A stretch of 62,414 bases of DNA, the filler included, from Catajapyx aquilonaris (lineage: Eukaryota): the NCBI GenBank assembly GCA_000934665.2. It is 3 parts of 3 records of this genome, joined end to end, with 100 filler letters (N's around TTAATTAATTAA, not from the genome) between each part and the next. Parts side by side here need not be neighbours in the genome. Positions count along the whole stretch, not along the records: positions 1 to 15,875 come from JYFJ02007360.1; positions 15,976 to 46,455 come from JYFJ02007361.1; 1 more part is not named here. One strand, written 5' to 3'. Positions 12,638-24,108 of the stretch are shown one piece after another. The notes beneath the pieces are model-generated. The model was not told where the DNA came from. It saw only the letters and a program-made list of their open reading frames with translations, and ran no database searches. Every line of letters begins with the position of its first letter. Within the stretch, counting starts at the first letter, position 1. The position numbers and the translations under genes are program-made.

Positions 12638-12965
12638 TTCGGGACGAAACTGTACATACAGTTCCTGATCCAAGAGAGACTCTGCTGGATAGTAATGCAT
12701 CAGGCGTGATCTGTTAACCAGCTCATGCATTGGGTAAGGCTCTTCATCATCCAACTGAAACTTCAGCATGGCCCCAATTTGGAAGCTCTTGAATATCTCT
12801 TCCTTGACTCCATTTGTTCGAATCAGAGCCAGGTAGGAGAAGAGTGCCGACAAGACGTCCTCTTTTTTGGAAAATCCTAGTTTTGTCAGGTATATCGAGA
12901 CGGTCAGGACCGAGTAAACAAGGTTGGACTCGGAGGTACTGCAGTCTAGGTCGTAGGCCAACAAT
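12638..12965 (-). CDS. M16A peptidase-like exon
   Basis: CACAG acceptor, phase 2, and GAA|GTGAGT donor. Encodes SVLTVSIYLTKLG..VLSALFSYLALIR..MHYYPAESLL. Confidence 0.85.
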
Positions 12966-13028
12966 CTGTGCCAAGTCGCGATTTGAAAAATACTTTACCA
13001 TGCAAAAATAATTTAGATTTTCATTTAC

Positions 13029-13150
13029 CTGTCCCGAATGTAAGCAAGAAGGCTTCCTCGACCTTTGTAATTCAACAAATTTAAGATGTATGCAAATGGT
13101 TTGCTCTCAAAAAACCGGTAGTGTGAGGGCAGGCACCAACTGACACGCAC
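13029..13150 (-). CDS. M16A peptidase-like exon
   Basis: TTTTGCAG acceptor and AG|GTAAAT donor. VRVSWCLPSHYRFFESKPFAYILNLLNYKGRGSLLAYIRDR corresponds to KPxxYxSxLxGHEGxGSLLSYL. Confidence 0.85.
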
Positions 13151-13228
13151 CTGCAAAATGCCACGTTGGACATTAAAGGAATGCATGTCTCGGAGCCAAA
13201 AAGTGTCAATCAGAATTGAAAGACTGAC

Positions 13229-13599
13229 CTCGTCCAGGTTGGAGGGAGAAACGACCCGGTAGAGCTTGCAAAATGTGGAGTCATTGCTAGGCCGGGATAT
13301 GTTGACATCGATGGTTGGATCTAATACATCCGGACTATATCTGCTCATGGTATCGAAGGCTCTGCAGACAATGTGCTCCAGATTGTCCAGGCTGTGAGGT
13401 CCTGCCACGGCCAGGGACATTCGACTGCCAACGTAATACTGGCGCATGAACGCCATCAGCGTCCTCCGCATCTTCTCTCCGCCAACAGGGGAGTCCTGTT
13501 TCCCCAAGCTGAACATACTCCTCGGGTGGGTCGGGTCTGCCAGCACGCTCAGCAACTTCTTAAATCGCCCTTGCCTCCCGGATTTTTTCAGGTATTTTT
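13229..13599 (-). CDS. Nardilysin/insulysin-like M16A metallopeptidase, first visible exon (5'-partial gene)
   Basis: Polypyrimidine-TAG acceptor, phase 1, and GAG|GTCAGT donor. Encodes (E)KYLKK..LADPTHPRSMFSLG..LMAFMRQYYVGSRMSLAV, matching the M16A motifs HPxxKFxxGN and FxxxYYSAxxMxLAV. Confidence 0.85.
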
Positions 13600-14029
13600 C
13601 TAAGCAAGATGGAAAAAACTCGTATGCATATTAAGAGTACTAAGATTAATACTTTACTACTATAGTACTATATTTTACATACTAATTTAATTAATGTTAA
13701 ATTGCTCCAAGTGACTAGAACATTCTCCTCCAAACGACCAGAACACCCACAGGACAGCGGGAAGAACCAGCATACGGAAATCCACACCCTAACTCCAAGT
13801 GCTGTGCAGGACAGAGAGAGAGGCAAATACCCTTGCAAGCATGACTACCGGTGTCTACCTATGCATTAATGTGCAAGAGAACTGATATTTTCCAAACTTG
13901 TAGTTCTGCACAGCACCCAGAGCCCGAGTATGAACTTCCAGACGCCGACTCCTCCCACCAACCTGCAAACATTCTAGCCGTTCGGAAGAATTCAATGGAC
14001 ACTGCCATTCCTCACAAACCCGTGAATAT

Positions 14030-14965
14030 TCTACCCATTAATTAACCTACGCCATTTACACCTATCCAAACAAACAACCTTAGCCTCAGCCACGTCCATA
14101 CACTCTAAGAAATGTCCGGGTTAAATATATTTATCCCGGAAAAAAGATCACTTTGTCACGGTTATTTAACCCGGACATTTCTTAGAGTGTATTTTGTCAT
14201 GGTTACACTCTAAGAAATGTCCGGGTTAAATAACCATGACAAAAGTGATCTTTTTTCCGGGATAAATATATTTAACCCGGACATTTCTTAGAGTGTAGTC
14301 CTATTGACACATGAACACCTCGGCTTAACACTAGCAACACCCTTAAGACGACGACACTGACCCACCTGGTCCAACCATGTCTTCCTAGGCCTCCCTTTGC
14401 ACCTCTTACCAACTACTCCACCCAAATAAACCTTCTTCACAATCTCCTCCTCCTTCATCCTCTCCACATGGCCAAACCACCTTAGAGTAGACCTACACAT
14501 TCCTAACATTGCACGCCTGCAAAATCTCCTAATTCCTAATCCTATCCAACTTAGTAACCCCACAAACAGCCCGGAGATAACGCATCTCTGTAGCCACCAC
14601 CTTACTCTTATATGCCTATCTGACCAAACCTACGCTTCACTACCATACATAAGTGAAGGAACAATAACGTGAGAATAGACAAACAACCTACAGGCAGAAG
14701 ATAAGTCCTTATTTCTAGAAAACTTACTTGTGGCACCTATCACTTTCAACCCAGAACTAACTCTCCTGTCAATCTCCCCATCCATTCTACCATTTCTCTC
14801 AAGGACACTACCCAGGTATACAAACTGGTTGACCTGCTCAACCAGCTTTCCTCATACCTGCAACATACAAGGAGAAACCTGCTGTCCTCTCTCAAATACC
14901 AATACCTTAGACTTATCTACGTTAATCCTCATACCCTTGTTTTCACAAACATTATCTATGGGCCT
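14030..14965 (-). mobile_element. RTE-clade non-LTR retrotransposon 3' fragment
   Basis: LRWFGHVERMKEEEIVKKVY..GRPRKTWLDQV, with a decayed RT upstream (QFVYLGSV). Interrupted by the MITE pair at 14101-14295. Confidence 0.85.
14101..14295. mobile_element. Inverted pair of ~90-bp CAC-terminal MITEs (TA TSD)
   Basis: Units 14101-14189 and 14206-14295, each with a 27-bp TIR cactctaagaaatgtccgggttaaata. Confidence 0.88.
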
Positions 14966-15089
14966 TTGAAATTTAAAATTGGATTATCTCAGTTTAACTT
15001 CAGGTGGACCTTGATCGTTTTTCCCCCAAGGTCTTCATTTAATCTGCTGCTCTTTCGCCCTATGAGATCAGTGAACCTTCAGTGAGGAC

Positions 15090-15627
15090 GTTAACATTTC
15101 TCCAATCCAGATAAACCGTGGAATTCTCCAGGGTGAACCATTATCCCCCTTCTTATTTAACTTATATTTATCAGATCTACCATATTGGTTAAATGAAAGA
15201 GGTATGCTGGGAGTCACTCTTACTCCTAACACGAAGGAGGTACAGTTTTTGCAATTTGCGGATGATGTGGTTCTTCTTGCGGATAACAGGCTCTATGCGA
15301 GCAGATTGGTTAACTCATTTATAGAGTATATCACTTCCAAAGGCTTAACCTTGAATGTAGTAAAATCCAAATTAGTGGTTTTTAGAAAGGGGGGGGGGGG
15401 CGGCTATCTTCAGCAGATAGTTTGTGTCTGTCGGATACAGGTATTTTGGCAGTCGCCGAGTACAAATATCTGGGAATCTGGTTTTCCTCCTCGGGCAAAT
15501 TCCGACGTAATTTAACGTATTTTATTCCTAAAGCAAAAGCGGCGGCGGACGCTACGATCGGATTGATAAATAAGTTGACATTGAAGTCTGTATCCTTGGC
15601 ACTTCGTTTGTTCGAGGCACAAATTTA
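15090..15627 (+). mobile_element. Non-LTR RT fragment (RTE-X-like)
   Basis: GILQGEPLSPFLFNLYL, LQFADDVVLL, KSKLVVFRKGG, YKYLGI, LFEAQI; frameshifted. Confidence 0.8.
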
Positions 15628-15679
15628 TGGGGAGGGAAAAGGGAAAATATTACAAGGAAAATTTAAGCATGGTCAAACA

Positions 15680-15810
15680 GAAACAAGTGCGGAAAAAAAG
15701 TTTGTGGCCAAAAAAAAGCGTGGGCAAAGAAATATGTGGGCAAAAAAAAGCGTGGGCAAAAAAAAGCATGGGCAAAAGAAAGCATGGGCAAAAAAAGCGT
15801 GGGCACGGAA
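15680..15810 (+). repeat. Degenerate ~17-bp tandem repeat (gcgtgggcaaaaaaa)
   Basis: About seven imperfect units. Explains the Lys-rich spurious ORFs here. Confidence 0.7.
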
Positions 15811-15875
15811 AATATTCGGCCAGAATGGGGGAACAGTTATATTGCAATAGCTGCTAGCTGCTAACCAGTTATTAC

Positions 15876-15975
15876 NNNNNNNNNNNNNNNNNNNNNNNNN
15901 NNNNNNNNNNNNNNNNNNNTTAATTAATTAANNNNNNNNNNNNNNNNNNNNNNNNNNNNNNNNNNNNNNNNNNNN
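15876..15975. other. Artificial assembly spacer
   Basis: Exactly 44 N + TTAATTAATTAA (stops in all six frames) + 44 N. Confidence 0.95.
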
Positions 15976-16115
15976 ATAGGCCACAGCCGCTTCCTCCCGT
16001 CCCTATCCTATCCCAAAAAGCGCAGTAAAATGAAAGCAAAGAGTTCCAGGCAAAACAAAAACTTCCCCCTAAAGAGCCGATAGGCTGATAACGGGGTATG
16101 AATTATTATATTATA
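15976..16115 (+). mobile_element. SINE family A, 3' part (cut by the gap)
   Basis: ataggccacagccgcttcc...acggggtatgaattatta. Confidence 0.85.
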
Positions 16116-16262
16116 ATGACTTAATGATAGCTTACTGCATCAAAATAAAAATGGGGCGATCATATTCCAACGTAATATGTCAAAATGATGATTTCTGATT
16201 GTAGGTCATAAAACGACACTAAATTTTTACTATACCCAAAAGTTGAATATTAATTATTTATA

Positions 16263-16950
16263 CAGTGTCTATCAGAATTAAACTGATACATTTTGCCATA
16301 ACCTGCTTATCCTCTTCGCCATAATTCCACGCACATCTTGCGCTTCCCATATTATATGATTAGAGCCCTATTCGGGGTTGTATGACCTTTTCCTCCCCTA
16401 AAACGTTTGTGTAGTAAAATGACATCGCTTTTACGGCAGTCATGAACATTCAGCCGGATTTTTCTTCGCTTTCACAGGTGTCTAATGAACAAGAAGTTGT
16501 ACGCTATACAGTGTTACGGCCAATACCGTTTTTGCTATCAGATTCTCCACAGCAATATTAAATTTAGTAAAACACTAACGCTTTTAATAAACCGTTCTTC
16601 TGGGCACGCGCTTTTTTGTATGGATGCAAAATGTGGCTTTTGCAAGACAAATTTGCAACCAGTGGCTGTATGATGATAAAAAGCTCTCGTGGTCTACCTC
16701 ACAAACTTTTCCTCCTTTTTCTTTTCGCCTCTGAAGATGAAATTGGAGGAGGGGTAGTGCCGAGTTCACCTCATCTTCTTCACCTAGGTTTCTTTTACGG
16801 CCCTTACAAGCCATCAGTTCCAATCCGGCGCTCGGGAGATTGTGGCTCCCATGAGACGAAAAGGCCACCACTATGTTGTTGCCCACTGCCACGAGATATT
16901 TTTTTAAACCTCCTGTCTATATGCCTGCTATATCAGTCAATAGGATATTG
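16263..16950 (+). mobile_element. Decayed Tc1/mariner element
   Basis: TA-cagtgtctatcagaattaaac end, and VPSSPHLLHLGFFYG resembling WPPRSPDLxPLDFFLWG. Confidence 0.55.
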
Positions 16951-17044
16951 GCATCAAGAGAGATTGAACAGTAACCTACACTTAATATGTTACTTATGGA
17001 CTGTGTTACGGAATAATTATTATTGCAGCGGAATAATATTATTA

Positions 17045-17320
17045 GGGCGACACGGTGGCCGAGTGGTTAGCGCCGCAGCCTTCCGCCTCTAAGGTCCCGA
17101 GTTCGATCCCCGGGTCGGACGGAGGATACTTATGTGGATAGAGTTTCGATGGGTTCTCTCCGTGTTCGCGTGGGTTTTCTCGGGGTTCTCCCGTTTCCTC
17201 CCGCAATCAAAATTCATCACATTACAGGCAAATAATTAAAGTCGGGTATTCAAAAGATGATCCCCTAAGAGGCCCAAGGGGCCTATCACGGGGTATCCAT
17301 TATTATATTATATTATTAGT
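17045..17320 (+). mobile_element. V-SINE-like element (family B), second copy
   Basis: Near-identical to the 10071 copy. Confidence 0.85.
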
Positions 17321-19689
17321 ATTATACTGTAGCTTATACTGTATGGGAATTTTGGTAAATGAAGATATGTCTACACTCTACACAGTATACTGTAGTTAGT
17401 ATATGCTTGGCAGCGTTTCATTATACTAATTCTTTATGGATTTCAAACTTGCGACCTATATAATTATCTTAAACCTTTAGTCGTTACTATATTCAGGATG
17501 CCCCTTTTTAAAATGTCATATTGTAAATTGTTTACGTATAGTGTACTGTACATGAGCTTTATACCGGAGCGGCTAGGTATATATAACTGTGTGTAGAAAT
17601 TTTAGCAAGTTACAAAGGCTTCTGCAGCCAATGGCATCATAAACCATTCATAAGTTAGAATCATAACCTTTACACCGGATTTCCTAATGGCACTTCAGTA
17701 TACAGCCCTATTTATATTATTTTAGTCTCCGAGTAAAAAAGGAGGATTTATTTTGCAAGTTAATGGAAATAAAACTAGACGTGGCATTTTCTGATTCGCT
17801 CAATAGCTAAGCGACTATTATTATTATACTCTCGGTGATAACACGGGCAAGATGAAATGCGACAAGGCATGACATTTTACATTACATGGATGTTTCACTG
17901 TGGGATGTAGCACAAATTGACAGATAATAGATGTTATTTACGGCAATTCCCACTGATGCGGTGAGTTTATTGCACTTAATAGTACCTCTATCAGTTTCAG
18001 CACGTCCTTGTTTCATTCAAAGTATAGAGTATGATTAGTTAATTAGTTGATAGTATGACTATTATTTCTGTTGCTGTTTGAACGCGTTCAGAATTCCTGG
18101 CTTGCCAGATATTGAAATTCACCATTACCGCATTCCAAAGTAAGTACCGCTTGGCCGTAAAAACTTTTACAGGAATTTCCAACAAAAATCAACACGATCG
18201 CAATAATGACACATATTTTAACCTACTACTGGACACAAACTCTACGTCGATCGAACCATTTTCCGAACCATGGAACCGGATTTTGTACACCTATATGTCG
18301 AGCACTCTCTCTGCCAAACACATTCCTATTTGTATACGTCACTCCCTATAGGCTCTTGCCTGCCAAAATTTCTATAGGTGGCGACACAAGTGAAAGTCAC
18401 TGAATTAAAGGTCTGGACCACAGTCAGTGTGCTCAACGATCATCACTTGAACTGTTTGAGACTACTATATGAGATTGCCGTGTGTATAATAAGGCATTAT
18501 TGTGAGTCCTACTTCAATAATTATAATGGGACATACCGGTATATGATCATTTTGTAAACCATGTTGTAAACAGACCAGACCAAACACCGGTACAGTGCCT
18601 CATCCGCTTAAAACTCAAACTAAATCTAAATGTAGCAATATATTAATTTCAAAAGAGCACAGTAATGCATTTCTTGGAGGCAGAAACAAAGGCTGCGAAC
18701 CAGGTGGCAATGTGACAAGTCCCAAAGTTTCCTGGACTGGAATTTGACCAGTCTCTCTCTCCCTTATGGGCAAAGTTGGGCCTACGATTTCCTAAGCGGA
18801 TTGCAAGTCGATTGGGAGCACTAAAACTTTCTTGCTAAGCAGTATACACCAGTCGCCTTCTGGTTTGTGAATAGCAGGCCGCCGCTGCTACCGAGAATTC
18901 CCTGGATACTCAAACAACATGGAAACCTGCCTCCAGAAAACCCTACATTTTTCATGAGCCTTCCGATTATCTCTACGCTTCCAGTTTATCCCCGTGGCTG
19001 ATCTGAGGCTTGTGTAAATGCCGACGGATGTCTATCAGCGTTAGTGTCCTTTAAAGGAAGGAAATGAAAAAGGAAGAAGCTGTTTCGCTCTCCCAAATGA
19101 AATGCAAATGGACCAATGGGAAATGTTGACGATGGGCGGAATGGAGAAAATACCGGCCAAAACTGCTAATTAAAAGCAATGTGCATAAAAGATATTATGG
19201 GCCGGTTAATTAGGTCATTGCGTAGATGCAGAATACATCTCGGTTACGGAGCAGTAATGGCTGGGACAACACAACTTTGTTTTCGTGAACACAACTCCGA
19301 TAATGGCATTAATTAACCCAACCTATTTTCTTCCGATATTGATTCATCCCGACTACGCTAAACTGAGACTCCAGGACGATGGTCATTCAGATTATGTTCA
19401 TAATATTACCGTGACTGATTCGATATATAATAGTAATACTGGTAATACATGTACTACGATACCAGGACTGCTGAATCCATTTTAAGTAAAATGTGAAACT
19501 TGATTCCCTCCCAGCGAGGTACAGTATTTATGTAAAAAAAATCAATAACGTTGAAATTATAGCTATTAAAATATAAACCTAAACTCATAAGTAAAATAAT
19601 ATATACGCAATAATTTCCATAATTACACCATCCTATCATGCCGCCTGTAAGCCATTAAGTAATAAAGGGAGCAAAAACTCGGCAATTAT

Positions 19690-20338
19690 ACTGACCAACT
19701 AATATAGAAAATCTACGTGTTTTACTAGGACAAATTCTTACTCGACACTTTCTTCGCACTATATTAGTATTAAGCGAGGACCGTTTTCGCAGAGAAAAAA
19801 CCAACCGGAAGTGGTATTTGAAGCTGGTTTCAAGAACGCTGTTCCTAGAGCCGCCGCGGGATTCGGAAACCATAACAGTTGCGCCGGGTGTTCGGTCCTG
19901 TCCCGGCGCCAATTGTGCTGGTGTTATCTTGTAGCTTTTGGGTGACGGTACTACAGTTCGTCTTTAGGCCATGCCAGGCGAATGTGTATCTTGTTAATGG
20001 GCAAAGCCACAATAACGTTCCTTGGTCTGCGGTGCACAAGACGGACAGCAATCTTGCTGATACACAAACCCCTAAGAACGCGCCCAGCTCGCTACGCTCG
20101 CATTTAACTGAAATCATGTGCGGCAATACGTACCTAGCAGGCCACAAGACGGACAGCAATGGTACGGTCACTCCAACGCCACACAGATACATCAACACAG
20201 ACCTGGGACAGCAGACCGGGCGCGGCTCAACCAGCTTTAAATACCACTTCCGGTTGGTGTTTATTCCCCAAAAATGGTCCTTATTTACACCTAATAGCCT
20301 AGTAAAAGCAGCAGATTTTATGTATTTTTGGTCAGCCA
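19690..20338. mobile_element. Diverged long-TIR non-autonomous element
   Basis: accaaccggaagtggtatttgaagctggtt (~19800) is inverted at ~20229-20258, with flanking similarity extending outward. Internal direct repeat cacaagacggacagcaat. Confidence 0.55.
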
Positions 20339-23300
20339 TTCTACAAATATACCAACCTCGCTTTTTATGCGATGTACTGAAAAGGTAATGCTGCAGTGGC
20401 ACATGCGGTTTTTGGAAACCAATTCGGCATATGATAACTATTATAGCTAAGCAGTGTAAATGGTGAAAGGTATGTGTGTTAAATTGTTGTCCCACTGTTG
20501 GGCCTTGCACGACTCGAAGTCACCAATGCCTTTCTCCCAATCGCCGGCCCATTCCTCCATCCTCCTCTCCCCCCATTTTCTTCCTCCTTCTTGCGGTTGG
20601 ACCCAAAATGGTCTGGTGAGGTATTCCTACTGGAATTTCTACTGGCTCTGTTCCCACTCTGATGGCAACCAAATGGTCCACCTTACCGAAGCCGTGGAAT
20701 TACTGAAGGGAGTGAACCTCAGTTTATTCGCCACTATCGTACGACCATCATGTAGCATTGTAGTGGCCGTTGGCAAAAAAGGCGCTGTAGGTCATCACAT
20801 CAGATCTATTTCTACCTGTAGAGGGGAAATAAGAATGTGAAGGCCCGCCAATATGACCAATCACTCTAGCCAATAAGACCGTTCTCTCTCTTATATTCGA
20901 TCAAGGCTGGAATAGATATTTGTGATTGGTGAACGTTGCCATATTTTAGTTACCGGTAGGAGAACAATTAGTTTTTATTGTCCGTAGCATAAAAGGACAA
21001 CTCGTAAACAAAAAAAGAGATTTCTATGGAGGATAATATTAGCTATAATTATTATCAAGCAGATTTGCTTTTTTGGTAGATTAGCATTTGAGTTTGTATT
21101 TTGTATTTGTATTTTTATTGTTATCTCGCAATCTCTGCACTGCTGCATGAGGTTGTTTGTGCGCGGAACTACTGTATAGTTCCATTCACGAAAAACCGGT
21201 TACATGTTGGGCAGACTTGAGCCACATAACCATTGTCTTTGCTTACAATGCGGCTGCGGTTGGGATGAAATTGTCTATTGCTATGCTGCATTCATCCAAA
21301 GTTTCTACTGACGTTATTTCTTCTCACAGGTCAAGGCCCAGGCAGAAGAGTTTACCGGTCTTTATTATCTGAAAACCTCAAAAGCTGTTTTGTTTGTTTA
21401 TAAAATACTTGTACATGGTGATGGTGTTCTGCAGTTGTAAGTGTACGAAGAGCAATATGTATGCAGCAAAATAGTCTCATACGAGAAAGCCAGAAAGAAA
21501 CGTGTTTATTTTGAGTACAGATCCTGTTTTGTTACACATAGACAACCCCTCGAATTGATAAAAATAAGCAGCTTTACAAATCCGATTCACGTCATCTCTT
21601 GTTTGGCCCTGGTCGATACTTACTGTTCACGGCCTCACGCTTTAGAAAAGTGATTTCCCAACACCGACGTGTACGTACTGTGAAAGCCGCTGCATTGTCC
21701 ACATTATTTGATTACGGCAGCAGTCCTGTAGCTCTGCTTGAATTTCCAGAATATTTGAGCCGCAGCAGCTCCCATGAAATTTGACTACAATCAACCAACA
21801 ATATAGCTGTCCGCATTCCAATACTGTCCAGTTCATTGACCCAAAAGCTGTACGCAGCTCTAAAAATGCCTGTAACCACCTACCCTGAGGTCAGTTTCAT
21901 TATTCAGCTAACCAAATGTCCAGGGAATCCCTCACATGACGTAATTCGGCCCTGCAAAACTCGGCCCTTCTTTAAAGGCACGTATTCTGCTTGAAGGTAA
22001 ATCAATTACGCGAATTACGCTCCTTTATAACTGGAGTGTAATTATGCGGTTGAGGGTACGGTTGCAGAGCGATTCAGTTTAAACGAGTCCAATTTCCTCG
22101 TTCCACATAATGAATCGGCCATGATGTTGAAAGGAGCCCTCTTCTGTACTGACTTCCGAGACCTGGGGAGTTTTGGTTTCCTAGCTTCATTTTCTGTGCT
22201 GCGATATCATGTCTGGATGTCAAGTGTCACACTGGGATTCGCTTCCAGGACAACCTGTAAACATCTTCTGGGCGACGTAAAAGAAAGGCTGTCGCCAGCC
22301 GGATCAACTGAGTTTTGCTCATTCAGGGTTATTATGCAGAATGCACAAGCAGCGTTGCTTTAATTAAAAGTTCAGGAAAGGGCTTCTCTCTAAACGCAAG
22401 TTGACACCGACGTTGACTTTTCAGTCTTGTTATTTTTTTAATGATGTTCTCGAGCCGGATTCTCTTAACTTTCTTATTGGTTGTCGGGAAATAATTTTGA
22501 ATGGATTGCAGTACGGTTGCTACGTCCATATTTTGACATAAACCTAATCATATTTGGCATTTCATATTTTCTCCATACCGGATTTGTGATTCAATCTATC
22601 CAACATCAGATATAACTAGTGTCGTATTATGTTTGTTTTAGATATTTATTAAACTGGCCTATATGCAGTGCAATTTAAATGGCGCTAATTAGTTGCCGGC
22701 ACTAACCATTAACCAAAACAGACAGGATAATAAAATATTAAAATTCCCAACCGATCCGCCTGGAAAGCGACAGTATATTTATTTATTTAAAAGCAAATGG
22801 ACGCGGTGTTGATAAAATTGAAAGGCAATCCAACCGAACCCTGCCAACATTTTACCAAACCCCTCACCAAACCGATATGTGGCCCATCGATCGCGACATT
22901 TTTTCATCAGTCACCTGAAAAAAGAAGAGAAGACGAGATACTAAACCACACCGCACAACACGACTAAAATTGAGGCCCAGGAACAACGGTAGCCTGAAAT
23001 CTTTCATGAGATTAAGGTAGATCTCGCATCCAGACACATTCCATTCCTACAATCACCTCTTTGAATAATGTAATTGCCTTCCCTTTCCATTCCTGGGTAG
23101 AGGGAGGTGGGTTGCATGGGCGGAAAAGAGAGAATAAATCCGGGCTTTTCAACGCTGCAACTGAAAGGTTGGCTGCGGGGATCGTGGTTCAGGTGCGCAT
23201 CCGGGTCTCCTCCCAAAAAACTTATATGTGCCCGTGGCAATGAGATTCGGACAGAGATTTATGGGGGGAAAACCTCCCAGAAATGGTCCGTCTTTACAAT

Positions 23301-23614
23301 TAGGAGAAAGGAAGCTTATTGACCTATCCTCTGAGAGGGTGAGAATTTTCTGTGCGAAAAAAGAGCGCAGTTTGAAAGGAGGAAAAGGATGAGAAGCATC
23401 GGTTGGCCCTATCGATTTGCTCTGTCTCGAGAAGCAGGGATTTGCAAGGTGCGAGTAATTATCCCAGCCCAGGCAGCCTCTTAAGCCTTCATTTACCGAC
23501 TGACTCTGGCCTTGCGCAATGTTTGCGTCACACCTGTAATTATGACGTGCTGAAACGCTTTTTCATCCGAAATTAGGTTACCAAATGTCAGGACTGTATA
23601 TATTAAAATATTTG

Positions 23615-24108
23615 CACTCTTAGCCATTTACCTTATAAATTACCTTCTCTGTGCAAAATACCTTCTAAATCCGGAAGGTAAGGAGAAATATAGAAGGTAA
23701 GGTCGTGCAGAGAAGGTAAGAGACACGTGCTACCTCTTTATAACTAGGGTAACATGAATCATCTATAAGGTAACTTCGGGTGTGAGGTGATTTCATCCGA
23801 AATCTTACCTTCTATTTGGCACTGAGCGTGACATCTGATGGGAGACATTAGCAGCTGCCTGTTTTGTTTATTCAAACTGATAACGGCTGAATAACGAGCA
23901 GGATGAGCCACATGTGCTTTTGGCTCGGGGAAAAAACCCTGGCTTAGCGGGAAGAGAGCTCGTTGGCCCCAGTTACCATTTATAAAGAGGTAGCACGTGT
24001 CTCTTACCTTCTCTGCGCGACCTTACCTTCTATATTTCTCCTTACCTTCCAGATTTAGAAGGTATTTTGCACAGAGAAGGTAATTTATAAGGTAAATGAT
24101 TAAGGGTG
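23615..24108. mobile_element. CAC-terminal MITE with ~127-bp TIRs
   Basis: 23615-23742 is the reverse complement of 23980-24108. Repeated agaaggtaa subterminal motifs (CMC/EnSpm-like). Confidence 0.85.

Noticed and set aside
15680..15810. Repeat array as a possible CRISPR or Lys-rich protein
   Set aside because: Degenerate tandem units with no unique spacers, no cas genes, and a eukaryotic context.
19845..20510. Long overlapping ORFs of 221 aa and 169 aa
   Set aside because: They lie within a diverged inverted-repeat element and show no recognisable domain or splice support.
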